The notes beneath the pieces were generated by a model. It had not been told where the DNA came from. It was given only the letters and a program-made list of their open reading frames with translations, and made no database searches. Of a DNA stretch of 64,000 nucleotides, positions 32,256 through 44,109 are shown piece by piece. The position numbers and the translations under genes were made by a program. How positions within the stretch are numbered: the first letter of the stretch is position 1; each line of letters begins with the position of its first letter. Origin of the DNA: Clostridiaceae bacterium. Lineage in GTDB: Bacteria; Bacillota; Clostridia; Saccharofermentanales; DTU023. The stretch is from assembly GCA_012518795.1 (NCBI GenBank), contig JAAYRL010000054.1, positions 16,915-80,914 on the forward strand, written 5' to 3'.

Positions 32256-33650
32256 TTAATATTCGACATATCCGACTGTACGCGGAAACGGTATAACATC
32301 TCTGATATTACTCACGCCTGTCAAATACATGATCATTCGTTCAAATCCTAAGCCAAAGCCGGCATGTCGAATTGAACCATATTCTCGTAATTCCAAATAC
32401 CAATCATATTGTTCTTCCACCAATCCCTGTTCCATAATTCTATTTTTAAGTACATCAAGATTTTCTTCTCTCTGACTTCCACCAACAATCTCTCCGATTC
32501 CCGGAACAAGACAATCCATTGCCGCAACTGTCTTGCCATCAGAATTTAATTTCATATAAAAAGCTTTGATTTCTTTCGGATAATCCGTAATAAAAACCGG
32601 ACCTTTACAAACTATTTCAGTTAAATAACGTTCATGTTCAGTTTGCAAATCACAACCCCATTCAACAGGATATGCAAAATCAAGATCAGCTTTCAATAAT
32701 TCAGCAATTGCTTCCGTATATGTCAAATAAGCAAATTTACTGTTAAGTACGGCATCAAGCCTTGCCAGCAAACCTTTATCCACAAACTGATTAAAAAACG
32801 CCATTTCATCAGGACAGGTTGCCAAAACATGATTTATGATCGCCTTGATCATATCCTCTGCTAATTGAGTGCTGTCAAAAAGATCAGCAAAAGCAATCTC
32901 CGGTTCAACCATCCAAAACTCGGCAGCATGACGTGCAGTATTGGAATTCTCGGCTCTAAACGTAGGTCCAAACGTGTATATATTACGAAAAGCCAAAGCA
33001 AATGCTTCTCCGGCCAATTGTCCGCTCACGGTTAAATGAGTTTCTTTACCGAAAAAATCTTGTTTATAATCAATTTGTCCATCTTCAGTCAATGGCGGGT
33101 TTTTCAGTTCCAAGGTTGACACCCGGAACATTTCACCTGCACCTTCGGCATCGCTGGAAGTAATAATCGGAGTATGAACATAAACAAAATTACGATCATG
33201 AAAAAACTTGTGTATTGCATAAGATGCTTCTGATCGAACTCGGAATATAGCTGAAAACAGATTTGTCCTTGGGCGCAGATGAGCAATGGTTCGCAAAAAT
33301 TCAGGTGTATGTCTTTTAGGTTGCAGAGGATAATTTTCCGGAGCATCTCCCTCCAAAACGATCTGCTCAGCTTTCATTTCAAAAGGCTGCTTGGCCTCAG
33401 GTGTCAAGACAATTTTACCTTTGACAGTAATTGATGCTCCATTACCAATTTTGGCAATCTCATCAAAATCATCTAAAAACTCTCGTTCAAATACAATTTG
33501 TAACGGTTTAAAAAAAGTACCGTCATTTAAAGTAATAAAACCAAAGTTTTTTTGATCTCTGATCGTTCTGACCCAACCGCCTACTGTAATAATTTGATCT
33601 GCATACTCTTCCGGATCGTGAAATAAATCACGGAGTAAAGTATAAACCAT
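32256..33650 (-). CDS. asnS: Asparagine--tRNA ligase
   Basis: [28 protein letters not shown]. Confidence 0.98.
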   Translation of the reverse strand: MVYTLLRDLFHDPEEYADQIITVGGWVRTIRDQKNFGFITLNDGTFFKPLQIVFEREFLDDFDEIAKIGNGASITVKGKIVLTPEAKQPFEMKAEQIVLEGDAPENYPLQPKRHTPEFLRTIAHLRPRTNLFSAIFRVRSEASYAIHKFFHDRNFVYVHTPIITSSDAEGAGEMFRVSTLELKNPPLTEDGQIDYKQDFFGKETHLTVSGQLAGEAFALAFRNIYTFGPTFRAENSNTARHAAEFWMVEPEIAFADLFDSTQLAEDMIKAIINHVLATCPDEMAFFNQFVDKGLLARLDAVLNSKFAYLTYTEAIAELLKADLDFAYPVEWGCDLQTEHERYLTEIVCKGPVFITDYPKEIKAFYMKLNSDGKTVAAMDCLVPGIGEIVGGSQREENLDVLKNRIMEQGLVEEQYDWYLELREYGSIRHAGFGLGFERMIMYLTGVSNIRDVIPFPRTVGYVEY

Positions 33651-33784
33651 ATTATTCTCCTATACATTTGAAATATTTCTTTCAAATGTTCCTTTATTAA
33701 TGTTGTCTATGCTTTATTTCAAGTTTTATCATATTTAGTAGTTGTATTAAATATATTGACTTGGTGTAAGCGAAATACCGATAT

Positions 33785-34291
33785 TTAATTTTTCCCACAA
33801 CAATTTTTGTATTTTTTACCGCTGCCGCATGGGCATGGTTCATTACGTCCGATTTTATCAACTCGAACAATTTTGCTTTGACGCCATTCATACAACATTT
33901 CTTGTTGTTTGCCGGGCTCGATAATATCATCCCACGCTTTTATGTTATATAACCAATCCGCTTTTGCTTCATGCATTGCAATAAACAACTTTTCAAAATC
34001 AATTTCGATTTTAATTTCGGTATCATCTTCAACTTTATTTAAATCCAACTCATTTTTCAGGCTTGAATTTATGCCTTCAAGAAATCCTGTGAAAATAATT
34101 GATTTTTTGCCAAAACCGAATTCCTCTCTTAAATCAGTAAATGTCCCTTGCCATACTTTTTGCGGTTCAGCTAAAATAATTTCATAAGCTTTAGTTTCCA
34201 ATTGATAATACAAGTCAATTTCCGCCATGTTAAGCTGTTGGCTTTGCTGATCTTGGAACATAGCATTCCATTGTTCAAGATATGAACTCAT
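33785..34291 (-). CDS. SEC-C motif protein
   Basis: C-terminal [21 protein letters not shown]; [10 protein letters not shown]. Confidence 0.9.
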   Translation of the reverse strand: MSSYLEQWNAMFQDQQSQQLNMAEIDLYYQLETKAYEIILAEPQKVWQGTFTDLREEFGFGKKSIIFTGFLEGINSSLKNELDLNKVEDDTEIKIEIDFEKLFIAMHEAKADWLYNIKAWDDIIEPGKQQEMLYEWRQSKIVRVDKIGRNEPCPCGSGKKYKNCCGKN

Positions 34292-34347
34292 TGTCTTATT
34301 CCTTCCGTAATTAATTTATTTTCAAACATTTTATATTTTAACTACTA

Positions 34348-35409
34348 TTAACGAACTTTGCTAGCAAAAGTTAAACTTGCTTCAATTAATAGTGTTTCAA
34401 AAGACAGACGATCTGTCATATGACCACGTTTGACTTTCCAATCGGATTCAAAGGCTAATCGATAAAAAAGCTCCAACTTTTCCAACGACATATTCCTTGC
34501 CTGTTTTAGCAATCTGCGGGCTACAAAAGGATATACTCCGATTTGCTTGATTAAGAGTCGCTCATCACCTAATTCCTTAGCACAGATTAATTGTTTGATA
34601 TGGCGAGCAAACATAAATCTGATCAAAGGCAGAGGTTCTTTTAAGATTAATAACGTATCCAACAATTTTAAAGCCTTTTCGGTTTGACCTGCCGAAATGG
34701 CATCAGTCAAATCAAAAACCGTACCTCTAATATCCGATTTGCAAACCAGATTAATCGTATCTAAATCAATTCCCGCCAATCCGGCATACTCCGCATATAA
34801 CATTGCTTTATTGAACTCTTGTTCAAGTTGAGTCATATCGGATTCACAACGGTCAATTAAATTGTCTGCAGCCTCAACTGTTAAACCTAATTTTTTTTGT
34901 TGAGCTTTAGCTTGAAGCCAACGTCGCAAAACACCGATTTCTTCTCGCCCGATTTCGACTTGAACTCCACCTGCCTCAAACCAGCTTTGGAGTTTTTTCT
35001 TGAGCCTTCCATCAACAGTATCTTCATGTAAAATTAGACAGCTGCCTGAATTCAACAAAGTAAAAATCTGACTTAACTCTTCCTGATATTTCTTATGAAT
35101 TTCCGCCTGTCCTTGAGCCGCTCGTGCAAAAATCCCCGTCTTTTCAAGTAAGATCACTTTACGCTCAGACATAAATGCCGGAGTCTGTAATTCTTGTTTA
35201 ACACGTTCAATATCTTCAGAAGACAATTTGGATCCGATTTTTATTTTGACTAAATCAATATCTTGCATTTGTGGTTCAACAAATCTTTTACAAATTAAAT
35301 CTATGATCTGTTTAATTAAAAATATTTCTTCACCATAAATCAGATAGCCGTTATGCCAGATATCTTGGTCAATCTCTTTTTTTATTGTTCTAAAATTGTA
35401 TTTTGTCAT
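34348..35409 (-). CDS. holA: DNA polymerase III delta subunit
   Basis: YLIYGEE, VFDLTDAI; directly downstream of comEC. Confidence 0.9.
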   Translation of the reverse strand: MTKYNFRTIKKEIDQDIWHNGYLIYGEEIFLIKQIIDLICKRFVEPQMQDIDLVKIKIGSKLSSEDIERVKQELQTPAFMSERKVILLEKTGIFARAAQGQAEIHKKYQEELSQIFTLLNSGSCLILHEDTVDGRLKKKLQSWFEAGGVQVEIGREEIGVLRRWLQAKAQQKKLGLTVEAADNLIDRCESDMTQLEQEFNKAMLYAEYAGLAGIDLDTINLVCKSDIRGTVFDLTDAISAGQTEKALKLLDTLLILKEPLPLIRFMFARHIKQLICAKELGDERLLIKQIGVYPFVARRLLKQARNMSLEKLELFYRLAFESDWKVKRGHMTDRLSFETLLIEASLTFASKVR

Positions 35410-35417
35410 TTTTTCTT

Positions 35418-37895
35418 TTATTCAACATATGTCGCCAGATGCCATTGGTTATCTATCAATTCTAACATAATAGCACCATTCAAATCTGTACGTTTAATCT
35501 CAATATCATATTGTATCAATCTCTCCAATAATTCCGGGGCCGGATGGCCATAATAGTTATTTCCCACAGAAATAACCGCCAATTCAGGATCAACAGCATG
35601 CAAAAACTTTTCAGAAGTAGAATATTTTGAACCGTGATGTGCAACTTTAAGAATATCTATTCCGGCAAATTGATATTCGGATATTAACTTTTGCTCATTT
35701 GTATTACTTAGATCGCCGGTAAACATCAAATTTAAACCCGCAATCTCCAAAACAAAGCATAAACTGTAGTCATTTTGATTTTGTGTATTTCTCGTTAATT
35801 GCGGAGCAGGTGATAAAATTTCAAGTTTATCGATTAAAGGTTCAAGTGACAAAATATCCGACTGTTTGACTGTTTGATATTTTACACCATTTGCATCACA
35901 TTTATCACATAAGGTTTGTTTGTTAATCGTATTCGCGTTGTTATTTCCTATGTAAACATTCTTTTCGCTCTCGGCATAATTGGTTTTAATGCTCCCGGTG
36001 CAGTTCGAATCCGGAAAAACAATCTTTTCAATTCGCCTTAATTCAAGCAAATCAACAATTCCCCCATAATGATCTGAATCAAGATGACTGATAATAGCAT
36101 AATCAATCTTCGTAATTCCGAAATAATTCAGTGCAGGAAGAATTGTCCGATAGCCTTGTCCGGGAATTCCTCCATCAATCAAAATACAATTTCGCTCAGG
36201 TGAAATTATCAGGCAGCAATCACCTTGCCCAACATCCAAAAAACATATTTGCCAATTTAATTGTGGTCGTAAAATATTAAAAAGTAATAATATCATCAAA
36301 ATAAAACCGGGTAAGTATGTTTTGAATGTTAAAGATAACCTCTGTTTTTCAGTCAAAAGATTACTTAAAAAACTTCCTATAATTAAGCCTATACTTAATA
36401 TTAACAATCCGAGTATTAACCAAGTCAGCAATGAGTTATTATTATTTTGTAATTGCAACCAAAAATCTGCCCGAGCAAACCGCGAAAATATCTGCAATGC
36501 ACTATTAAGCAGCCAATGCAAAAAATCAAATATTCTCCTGCTTAATTGTTCTGTCAACCTAAAATCTAAAAATATAATGTTCTTAATTAATTTGAGAAAC
36601 AAAAACATATAAAAACTGAACAAGCCTGTTAAATAAAAGAATGTTAAAGGAAAATTCAACAGTCCGCTGACTAATATCACTCCGATTTGCCAAATACCGA
36701 AATTTTTTATTAAAAAAGGTAAAATAATAATTTGTACCAAAAAGGACAAAAACATACTTTGAAGAAATTTTGATTTTTGCATGATATTAATTTTCTTTAA
36801 ATATGGCAAATAATAATAAATTGCCAAGCTGGAAATAAAACTGAGTTGGAAATTAACCTGAAAAATCAACCAAGGGTTTATTAACAAAAAAAGTTGCATA
36901 ATGAATAACAATATGTTTTTTCGTGAAACATCCAAACCAAGATATTTTGTGATCAGCATAAAAGTATAGATCAGACTTGCTCTAATCAAGCCAATCGGAT
37001 AAGCACAAAGCCAATTGTAGAACAATATTAAAGGTAATAATAAAAATTGAATTTTCAAATTCCGTTTTTTAAAATTAAAGCCTTCCAGCAAAGGCATTAA
37101 AAATAAATCAAAGTGAAATCCTGAAACAGCTAGTAAATGGCTCAATCCAAGATTGCGAAAATCTTGTTTGAGATCAGGACTTAGGTTTTCAGTTCGGCCG
37201 AAACATAAACTAAGTATAAAATCTACTGTTCTCGGGTCAAAACTTGATCCAATATAATTTTGAAAACCGGTTAATAATTTGTTTCTATCTAAAATCGGCA
37301 TTCTGACAGTAACTTGTTGAATTGAAGTATATTTGTCTTTTAAATCTAAAACAGCATAACAGTTATAATTTGCTAAATATTCTTTTTGATTGAAACCTCC
37401 CGGATTTCTGACTCTTTGTGGTACTTTCGGTCGGAAATAACCGCAAATTTTCTGCCAATATCTCTGTTCTCCCTCTACCCAAAGTGCAAGCCTTGCACCA
37501 TTCTTGCTTTGGTAAATTTTAAATTCTCGTTCTTCATTTGTTTGAAAAAGAGTATTTTGTGCGGTAAGTTCCAAATAAACTGTATCTCCAATATACTGTT
37601 CGATTGCTTTCGCTTGATATCTGACATACAAAACACGCCATATTTGGATCAACATTATCGATAACAGTCCAAAATAGAAAAAGCGATTTTTCTTCGATAT
37701 AAATGAATAAGCAAAAACCATGAGAATCAAGCAGAAAAAAATCACAATTAAACAAATAGAAAAATGATCACGTGCTAAATAAGTGATTAAACATAGCAAA
37801 AAGCAACCCGATTTCAAACCATACCTTTCGGCATTAAAAAGCAAAGCAATTATTCTTTGTTGGAATAATAATTTCATAACAATATTATCCGACAA
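35418..37895 (-). CDS. comEC: ComEC/Rec2 DNA uptake channel
   Basis: RNPGGF, HLLAVSGFH, FQLSF, DVGQGD, SHLDSDHYGG, KVAHHGS, YGHP. Confidence 0.93.
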   Translation of the reverse strand: MSDNIVMKLLFQQRIIALLFNAERYGLKSGCFLLCLITYLARDHFSICLIVIFFCLILMVFAYSFISKKNRFFYFGLLSIMLIQIWRVLYVRYQAKAIEQYIGDTVYLELTAQNTLFQTNEEREFKIYQSKNGARLALWVEGEQRYWQKICGYFRPKVPQRVRNPGGFNQKEYLANYNCYAVLDLKDKYTSIQQVTVRMPILDRNKLLTGFQNYIGSSFDPRTVDFILSLCFGRTENLSPDLKQDFRNLGLSHLLAVSGFHFDLFLMPLLEGFNFKKRNLKIQFLLLPLILFYNWLCAYPIGLIRASLIYTFMLITKYLGLDVSRKNILLFIMQLFLLINPWLIFQVNFQLSFISSLAIYYYLPYLKKINIMQKSKFLQSMFLSFLVQIIILPFLIKNFGIWQIGVILVSGLLNFPLTFFYLTGLFSFYMFLFLKLIKNIIFLDFRLTEQLSRRIFDFLHWLLNSALQIFSRFARADFWLQLQNNNNSLLTWLILGLLILSIGLIIGSFLSNLLTEKQRLSLTFKTYLPGFILMILLLFNILRPQLNWQICFLDVGQGDCCLIISPERNCILIDGGIPGQGYRTILPALNYFGITKIDYAIISHLDSDHYGGIVDLLELRRIEKIVFPDSNCTGSIKTNYAESEKNVYIGNNNANTINKQTLCDKCDANGVKYQTVKQSDILSLEPLIDKLEILSPAPQLTRNTQNQNDYSLCFVLEIAGLNLMFTGDLSNTNEQKLISEYQFAGIDILKVAHHGSKYSTSEKFLHAVDPELAVISVGNNYYGHPAPELLERLIQYDIEIKRTDLNGAIMLELIDNQWHLATYVE

Positions 37896-37948
37896 AGAAA
37901 TTTTGCCAAGGCGACTTTTTTTGGTAAACAGTAATAATTTTTAGAAAA

Positions 37949-38542
37949 TCAGATGATCGTTTGAATTGCTGATTTTAAATTGTCCAGACCCTGTTTTTTG
38001 ATTGCCGAGGTAACGATCGGTTGAAATGATTCTGTCATTTCGGGTGGTAAACTTTGTTTAATTAAATTAATTTGAGGTTTAATCTGACTACGTTTCAATT
38101 TATCTGCTTTTGTCAGAACAACAACATAGGGTATTCCCGAATAATTAATCCATTCGAGCATTAACAAATCCTCACGACTTGGCTTATGCCGAATATCTAT
38201 TAACTGAATAATCAGATTGATATTTGTTTCAGAATTAAGATATTTATTGGTCAAATCAGAAAATTTTTCTTTCTCAGTATGTGAAGCTTTTGCATAACCA
38301 TAACCCGGTAAGTCTACTAAATAAAATTTTTCATCTATTAAATAAAATATAACTTGTCTGGTTTTGCCGGGACTGCTGCTCGTACGTGCTAAATTTTTGT
38401 TATTACATAAAGAGTTGATCAAAGTAGATTTCCCAACATTTGATTTTCCGGAAATTACAATTTGAGACAAATTATTTTGTGGAAACTGTTCAACAAATCC
38501 TGCCACTTGTGCTAATTTTGCATTTTGAAAATTTATCTTCAT
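37949..38542 (-). CDS. engB: Ribosome biogenesis GTPase YihA/YsxC
   Basis: GKSNVGKS, SSSPGKT, DLPGYGYA, TKAD. Confidence 0.95.
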   Translation of the reverse strand: MKINFQNAKLAQVAGFVEQFPQNNLSQIVISGKSNVGKSTLINSLCNNKNLARTSSSPGKTRQVIFYLIDEKFYLVDLPGYGYAKASHTEKEKFSDLTNKYLNSETNINLIIQLIDIRHKPSREDLLMLEWINYSGIPYVVVLTKADKLKRSQIKPQINLIKQSLPPEMTESFQPIVTSAIKKQGLDNLKSAIQTII

Positions 38543-38672
38543 ATTTTTGTATCCCTTCATGAACATTGATATAATATATTTAAATACTTAAGATAACAAG
38601 TAAGAATATCCGTTGAAATGGCTTTGGCTGTTTGGTGCCTCAAAGCACAAACTAATTTTTGCATAGGTAGAT

Positions 38673-39938
38673 ATGCCGAATATTTTATCTGAACCAGAAC
38701 ATGTATTACGTTCCGAGGCATTAGTGCTTCGGAATTACGATGAAAGAATTCTTCAACCTATAGGCCCTGTCGGAATTATAGCTCATCAGTTGGAACCGTC
38801 CTTTTCCGATGCAGTTAATTTTCACTTATGTAATCGTCGTGCATTAACAATTGCAAAATATCCCGAACAAAATCAACTTGCAGGTTATTATAGACCAGAA
38901 TATCGCATTTCGGTGAATTTAAAACGTTTTAATTCAGGTGAAGGTCAAGCTTCTATTTTAGACACTGTTCGCGGACATGATCTGTTTATTATTACTGATG
39001 TTTTGAATTACGGTCAAACTTATATCAGGTATAATCAAGAGGTTTCAATTAGTCCTGATGAACATTTTGAGGATTTATGCAGATTGATCTCTGCAGCGCA
39101 CGGTGTTTCAAAACGAACCAACGTTGTCATGCCATACCTTTATCAAGGCAGGCGATACAGACGAGAATCAAGAGAATCTTTAGATTGTGCCGTCATGTTA
39201 AAACGTCTTTTCGAATTGGGTATATCTAACTTTATTACATTCGATGCACATGATGAGCGAATTGCTAACGCAGTCCCACGTCATAATTTTGAATCTGCAG
39301 CAACTTCATTTCAATTAATTGAAGCTTTACTCAGCGAATGTCCTGATCTGCAACTTGATAAAGATCATTTTATGGTTATTAGTGCAGATGAAGCTTCAAT
39401 TAGTCGTTGTATTTATTATGCTTCTGTCTTGCGCGTGCCGCTCGGTATCTTTTATCGCAAATACGATCCCAGATTGTTAGATAAAAGTGAATATACTTTG
39501 CATAAACTCAAAAGATCGGCCGAAAAGAAATTTCTCGGTGATAATATTTCGGGAAAAGATGTTTTAATAGTCGATGATATGATTGACTCCGGTAAAACTG
39601 CCTTGGAATGTGCTGAAAAACTCAAAGATCAAGATGCCAGAAGAGTATTCATAGCGGTATCTTTTGCTCAATTTTCCGAAGGTATTGACAAATTTAATGA
39701 AGCCTATGATAACGGTTTAATTCATAGGATATTTGCTACAAATCTTATTTATAGACCACCCGAACTGCTGGAGACTGAATGGTTTTGCGACGTTAACCTG
39801 GCAAAATATTTAGCATTATTGATTGACGGCATTAATCATGATGCTTCACTTTCTAAATTAATTAATCCGACCGAAAGGATTCATTCTTTATTGAACTCAT
39901 TTAACTCACTTAAAGGAGATGAAAATGGCCAAAACTAA
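38673..39938 (+). CDS. Ribose-phosphate pyrophosphokinase paralogue (divergent)
   Basis: FNSGEG, TFDAHD, VLIVDDMIDSGKT; catalytic-loop KRR replaced by RKY. Confidence 0.85.
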   Translation: MPNILSEPEHVLRSEALVLRNYDERILQPIGPVGIIAHQLEPSFSDAVNFHLCNRRALTIAKYPEQNQLAGYYRPEYRISVNLKRFNSGEGQASILDTVRGHDLFIITDVLNYGQTYIRYNQEVSISPDEHFEDLCRLISAAHGVSKRTNVVMPYLYQGRRYRRESRESLDCAVMLKRLFELGISNFITFDAHDERIANAVPRHNFESAATSFQLIEALLSECPDLQLDKDHFMVISADEASISRCIYYASVLRVPLGIFYRKYDPRLLDKSEYTLHKLKRSAEKKFLGDNISGKDVLIVDDMIDSGKTALECAEKLKDQDARRVFIAVSFAQFSEGIDKFNEAYDNGLIHRIFATNLIYRPPELLETEWFCDVNLAKYLALLIDGINHDASLSKLINPTERIHSLLNSFNSLKGDENGQN

Positions 39939-41145
39939 ACGAGCAATCGATCGCGATTACAGAAATTATTACCGTTACGATCAATATGGGGATAATCCTA
40001 TGCCTTCCCACGGACCGGTAGGTATTATTTCTCTAACCGGAGCAAAGGAATTTGGCGACCAAGTTAATAAGCATTTGGTTAAGAGGCGCCATGAGTATCT
40101 GGATCAAGTTTCCGACGATATCAGCAATACCGGTTTCCTACGCGATGACTATAATATTCCTGCTGAAGCTATCCGTTTTTCTACAGGAGAGGGTAAAGGC
40201 GTAATCGGTCGAACTATTCGTGGCCATGACCTTTTTATTATCTGCGATGTAACAAATTATAGTTGTACATATAAAATGCGCGGTTTAATCAATCATTTCA
40301 GTCCGGACGATCATTATCAAGATCTAAAAAGAATTATTCTTGCAGCTTCCGGTAAAGCTCGCAGAATTAATGTAATAATGCCTTTCTTATATGAAGGAAG
40401 ACAACATCGCAGAAATTCCAGAGAATCACTTGATTGTGCATATATGTTGGAAGATATTTTCGATCTGGGAATCAGCAATTTCATTACTTTTGATGCACAT
40501 GACGATAGAGTTGCCAATGCCGTACCTACTTCCAGTTTTGAATCTATTCCTTCAACTTATCAGATTTTGAAAGCCTTAATTAAATCTGTACCGGATATTG
40601 TAATTAATCCGGAATCAATGATGATTATTAGCCCGGATGAAGGTGCTATCCAACGTTCAATGTATTTTGCATCAATGCTCGGATTGCCACTCGGAACTTT
40701 CTACAAAAGACGAGATTATTCTAATATTGTTAATGGGAGAAATCCAATTATTGCTCATGAATTCCTTGGCGAATCGGTCGAAGGCTATGATGTTTTAATA
40801 GTTGATGATATGCTTTCTTCCGGTGAATCTCTTTTAGATTTAGCAAAATCACTTAAGGAAAAAGGAGCAAAACGCATTTTTGCCGCAGTTACCTTTGCTC
40901 TGTTCGCAAATGGCATTGATTCTTTTAATGAATATTATGAAAAGGGTCTAATAGATCGGGTTGTTGCTACTAATTTAATGTATGCACCGGAAGAAGTCCT
41001 CCAAGCTCCCTGGTTTATTTCCGCAGATATGACAAAATTCGTTGCTTTATTGATTGATGCCATAAATCATAATGCTTCAATGTCCAGCTTGATTTCACCC
41101 ACCTCGAAGATTAACAAACTTCTGAAAAAATTACAAAATAAGTAG
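39925..41145 (+). CDS. prs: Ribose-phosphate pyrophosphokinase (long clostridial form)
   Basis: FSTGEGK, FLYEGRQH, SPDEG, FYKRRDY, VDDMLSSG; start at ATG 39925 behind AAAGGAG. Confidence 0.92.
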   Translation: MAKTKRAIDRDYRNYYRYDQYGDNPMPSHGPVGIISLTGAKEFGDQVNKHLVKRRHEYLDQVSDDISNTGFLRDDYNIPAEAIRFSTGEGKGVIGRTIRGHDLFIICDVTNYSCTYKMRGLINHFSPDDHYQDLKRIILAASGKARRINVIMPFLYEGRQHRRNSRESLDCAYMLEDIFDLGISNFITFDAHDDRVANAVPTSSFESIPSTYQILKALIKSVPDIVINPESMMIISPDEGAIQRSMYFASMLGLPLGTFYKRRDYSNIVNGRNPIIAHEFLGESVEGYDVLIVDDMLSSGESLLDLAKSLKEKGAKRIFAAVTFALFANGIDSFNEYYEKGLIDRVVATNLMYAPEEVLQAPWFISADMTKFVALLIDAINHNASMSSLISPTSKINKLLKKLQNK

Positions 41146-41210
41146 CTGCTTAAAAATTGATAATGATTCAGCATAATTTATTTATCAGTATAAAACGATT
41201 GAGAAAATAC

Positions 41211-41492
41211 TTATTCTATATCTGAATCATGATTTGAGTTGCGCTTAATTAAAAACCAAGTCCAACTTGCTACCATAATAATAACTAATTCAATACCCGT
41301 GATTAAGGCAAATTTTTCTAAATCATTTGTTGCGAGTAATGTATTAAGAGTTAAGATTAAAGTTATCAGCAATACAATGGAAATAAATCGACCGATAATG
41401 TTATAGCGCAAAAATGCCAACATTGCATGAAATCTTGTTGTTCCTTGTGCTGCATCGCTCTTTTTCTGTGTTTTTTCCTTAATTTTTCTCAT
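41211..41492 (-). CDS. Small two-TM membrane protein, unknown function
   Basis: Basic N-terminus and two hydrophobic helices; purine-rich upstream. Confidence 0.6.
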   Translation of the reverse strand: MRKIKEKTQKKSDAAQGTTRFHAMLAFLRYNIIGRFISIVLLITLILTLNTLLATNDLEKFALITGIELVIIMVASWTWFLIKRNSNHDSDIE

Positions 41493-41614
41493 CAAATTTC
41501 TCTTTTCCTAAAACTATATTAAAAGTATTATTTTTATTAAATATATCATTTGTTAACTGCAATTTAACTTTAAATATTATTAGGCATATCCTGTAAATCA
41601 AATTGCATGATTTC

Positions 41615-43504
41615 TTAGCTCTCAACAGTTTCGTTGGGTAGTTTTGGAGACACATAATATGTCTGATGTTGATTATATATAACCATACCCGGTTTTGCAC
41701 CTTTAGGTTTTCTGACATATTTTGCTAAACAACTGTCAACTGCAACTTTTCCACCATGATTTGTTTTGACCTGATTGGCTTCTGAATACCAAGCAGCAAT
41801 CTGTGCAGCTTGTTTGATATGTTGCGGTTCTGCCATGTAGCCATCTTGTACCGTCAAAATAACATGGGTACCGGTTAAATCCTTAACATGAAACCACAAG
41901 TCATCTGCAGCAGCTTTGCGCAAAGTAAGCTGATCATTCTGAATGTTATTACGCCCGGCATATACTGTTATCCCTTCGGCCAATTCAAATTTACGAGGTG
42001 GTAAAGATTTCTCACTCTTCGCTTTTTTCTTGGTTTTTTGCTTGTTTTTTTGATAATATTTTTTGCGCTTACCCGGTTTTCCCGGATTTAAACGATTTTT
42101 CAGCAAATGCTGCTCAGGTTGAACCGCTTTCTTAACTGAACTCTGATTCTCAATCGGTTTTTCAAATAAATCTAATTCTATTTTTATCGCCTGTAAATCC
42201 TCTAATACTTCAGATCGCTCAAGTGCAGTATGTAAAGAATTCAGCCATAATAATTCTGCTTGATCCATTGCCAACAAGCGTTTAGCTGATTTATATTTAG
42301 CTTGTGCTTTGCGATATTTTTTAAAAAATATCTTCGCATTATCTGCCGGACTCAATTGAGGTTTCAATTGGATTTTTATCTTATTTTGTTCAGGATCAAA
42401 ATAATCAATTAACTCCACTTCCGTTGCCTGATCTTGAACCAAATATAATTGTGAATTTAATAATTCTCCTAATCTCTGATATTGTTCAGCTTTTTGACCT
42501 TCAACAAAATCTCTTTGATGAAAATCTAATTTTTTTTGAGTACGACTGATTGCTTGATTTAAATTACGCTCCAACTTTTGCTTAAATTGCTCATAAATTC
42601 TTTCCGCATCTTGTAATTTATAAAAAACATCCATAGCAATTGATAAGCTTGACACTTTTTCCCGATAGGGTAATGACTTCAATTCAAATGCATGAAAATC
42701 GTAGGGCTTATGATCATTTTTATCAAAAAAATACAAAGTCGGTTGATCGGCATTTGCTCTGATCATTTCACATGTTTTATAGAACTTATCACTCAATTTC
42801 TGTTTTTGATTGCTCGACAGTTGATCTACATGTGAACGAAATTCAATTCCGGTTGCAGCGATAATTGAACTTACAAGCAACGGAGAAAATCCTTGCACAT
42901 GATTTAAAATGACCTTATCTATCCTGCTTGCTTCTTGAGCATTTGCCAAAAAAGATAAAACCGCAGGTTTTTGTTCATAATAAAAATCCAAAGACTTTTT
43001 ATTTTGTGTCGGTGGCAATTGATAAGTCCTGGCCGGCATAACTTCACGCTTGCTGGAAATATCTTGATCTACATGAATCAATGCATCATGAATCTTTTGA
43101 TCCTTATTCAAAAAAATAATGTTGCTATATCTTCCCATAATTTCTGCAACCAAATATTTCTCATCAGGATCACCCAATTCATTTATGGTTGTAAATTTAA
43201 ATTTGAATACTCTTTCATAATCAGGTTGAATGATTTCTTTCAACCTTGCTCCAATCAAATACTTTCGCAACATCATACAAAAAGATGGCGGACTTTTGGG
43301 ATTTTCAAGTTCGGCTGTTGTTAAATAAATCCGTGGTGAACTGGGATTTGCAGAAATTAACAGTCTTTTTTGTACCCGATTCACATAGAAAATCAACAAA
43401 ATCGTAAAACGATTCGGCTGATAAATTCGATCAACTCTTGCATCCGCCAATTCATAATTTAATTCTTTGCATAAAAAATTTGAACTGACACCGTCTAAAG
43501 GCAT
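41615..43504 (-). CDS. rqcH: RqcH/FbpA (NFACT) ribosome quality control factor
   Basis: MPLDG, FCMMLRKYL, EIMGRYSNI, GRNNIQNDQLT, KPKGAKPGMVIY. Confidence 0.93.
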   Translation of the reverse strand: MPLDGVSSNFLCKELNYELADARVDRIYQPNRFTILLIFYVNRVQKRLLISANPSSPRIYLTTAELENPKSPPSFCMMLRKYLIGARLKEIIQPDYERVFKFKFTTINELGDPDEKYLVAEIMGRYSNIIFLNKDQKIHDALIHVDQDISSKREVMPARTYQLPPTQNKKSLDFYYEQKPAVLSFLANAQEASRIDKVILNHVQGFSPLLVSSIIAATGIEFRSHVDQLSSNQKQKLSDKFYKTCEMIRANADQPTLYFFDKNDHKPYDFHAFELKSLPYREKVSSLSIAMDVFYKLQDAERIYEQFKQKLERNLNQAISRTQKKLDFHQRDFVEGQKAEQYQRLGELLNSQLYLVQDQATEVELIDYFDPEQNKIKIQLKPQLSPADNAKIFFKKYRKAQAKYKSAKRLLAMDQAELLWLNSLHTALERSEVLEDLQAIKIELDLFEKPIENQSSVKKAVQPEQHLLKNRLNPGKPGKRKKYYQKNKQKTKKKAKSEKSLPPRKFELAEGITVYAGRNNIQNDQLTLRKAAADDLWFHVKDLTGTHVILTVQDGYMAEPQHIKQAAQIAAWYSEANQVKTNHGGKVAVDSCLAKYVRKPKGAKPGMVIYNQHQTYYVSPKLPNETVES

Positions 43505-44109
43505 ATTATCTTATTTTCTATTAATTCTGTGCGAAGTTCTTGTGGTATAACATATTCCGCTTGATCTTTTTTTATTTTGGTTAAGAAATCTGAATCTTCT
43601 AAGGAAATCATACAACCACAGTATTTTTGACGATAAAGCCCGTCTTCCCTTGCCATTTGCTGTCCTTTACGAAAACCTTCCGTAAAATCAGCTGCTAAAA
43701 AATCAATTGAATTTATTTCAGCTTGACGCTGACCTGCTTGATGAATTAATTTTTTATTCTGGTAAGGACTGACCAATAATGAAGTTGTGATAATATCAAA
43801 ATCATTTTCACCGGCATATTTGGCCACATTCTTCATGCGCGATTCATAACAATAAGTACATCTGGCCGGAGTCCTGCCTATCTGACACCAGGTTTCAGGT
43901 TCACAACCTTCTTCAACAACAATCGGCAATTTACGCAATTCAGCTAAACGCAACGCTCCTTCCAAACGACGATACCATTCTTTTTCCGGTTGAATGTTCG
44001 GATTATAAAAATATAAAGTGAGATCATATTTTTCCATGCTCTTTAAAATTTCAATCGGATATTCACCGCATGGACCACAACATAGATGTAAAAGCATTTT
44101 CTTAGGCAT
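43495..44109 (-). CDS. queH: Epoxyqueuosine reductase QueH
   Basis: [26 protein letters not shown]. Confidence 0.92.
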   Translation of the reverse strand: MPKKMLLHLCCGPCGEYPIEILKSMEKYDLTLYFYNPNIQPEKEWYRRLEGALRLAELRKLPIVVEEGCEPETWCQIGRTPARCTYCYESRMKNVAKYAGENDFDIITTSLLVSPYQNKKLIHQAGQRQAEINSIDFLAADFTEGFRKGQQMAREDGLYRQKYCGCMISLEDSDFLTKIKKDQAEYVIPQELRTELIENKIICL

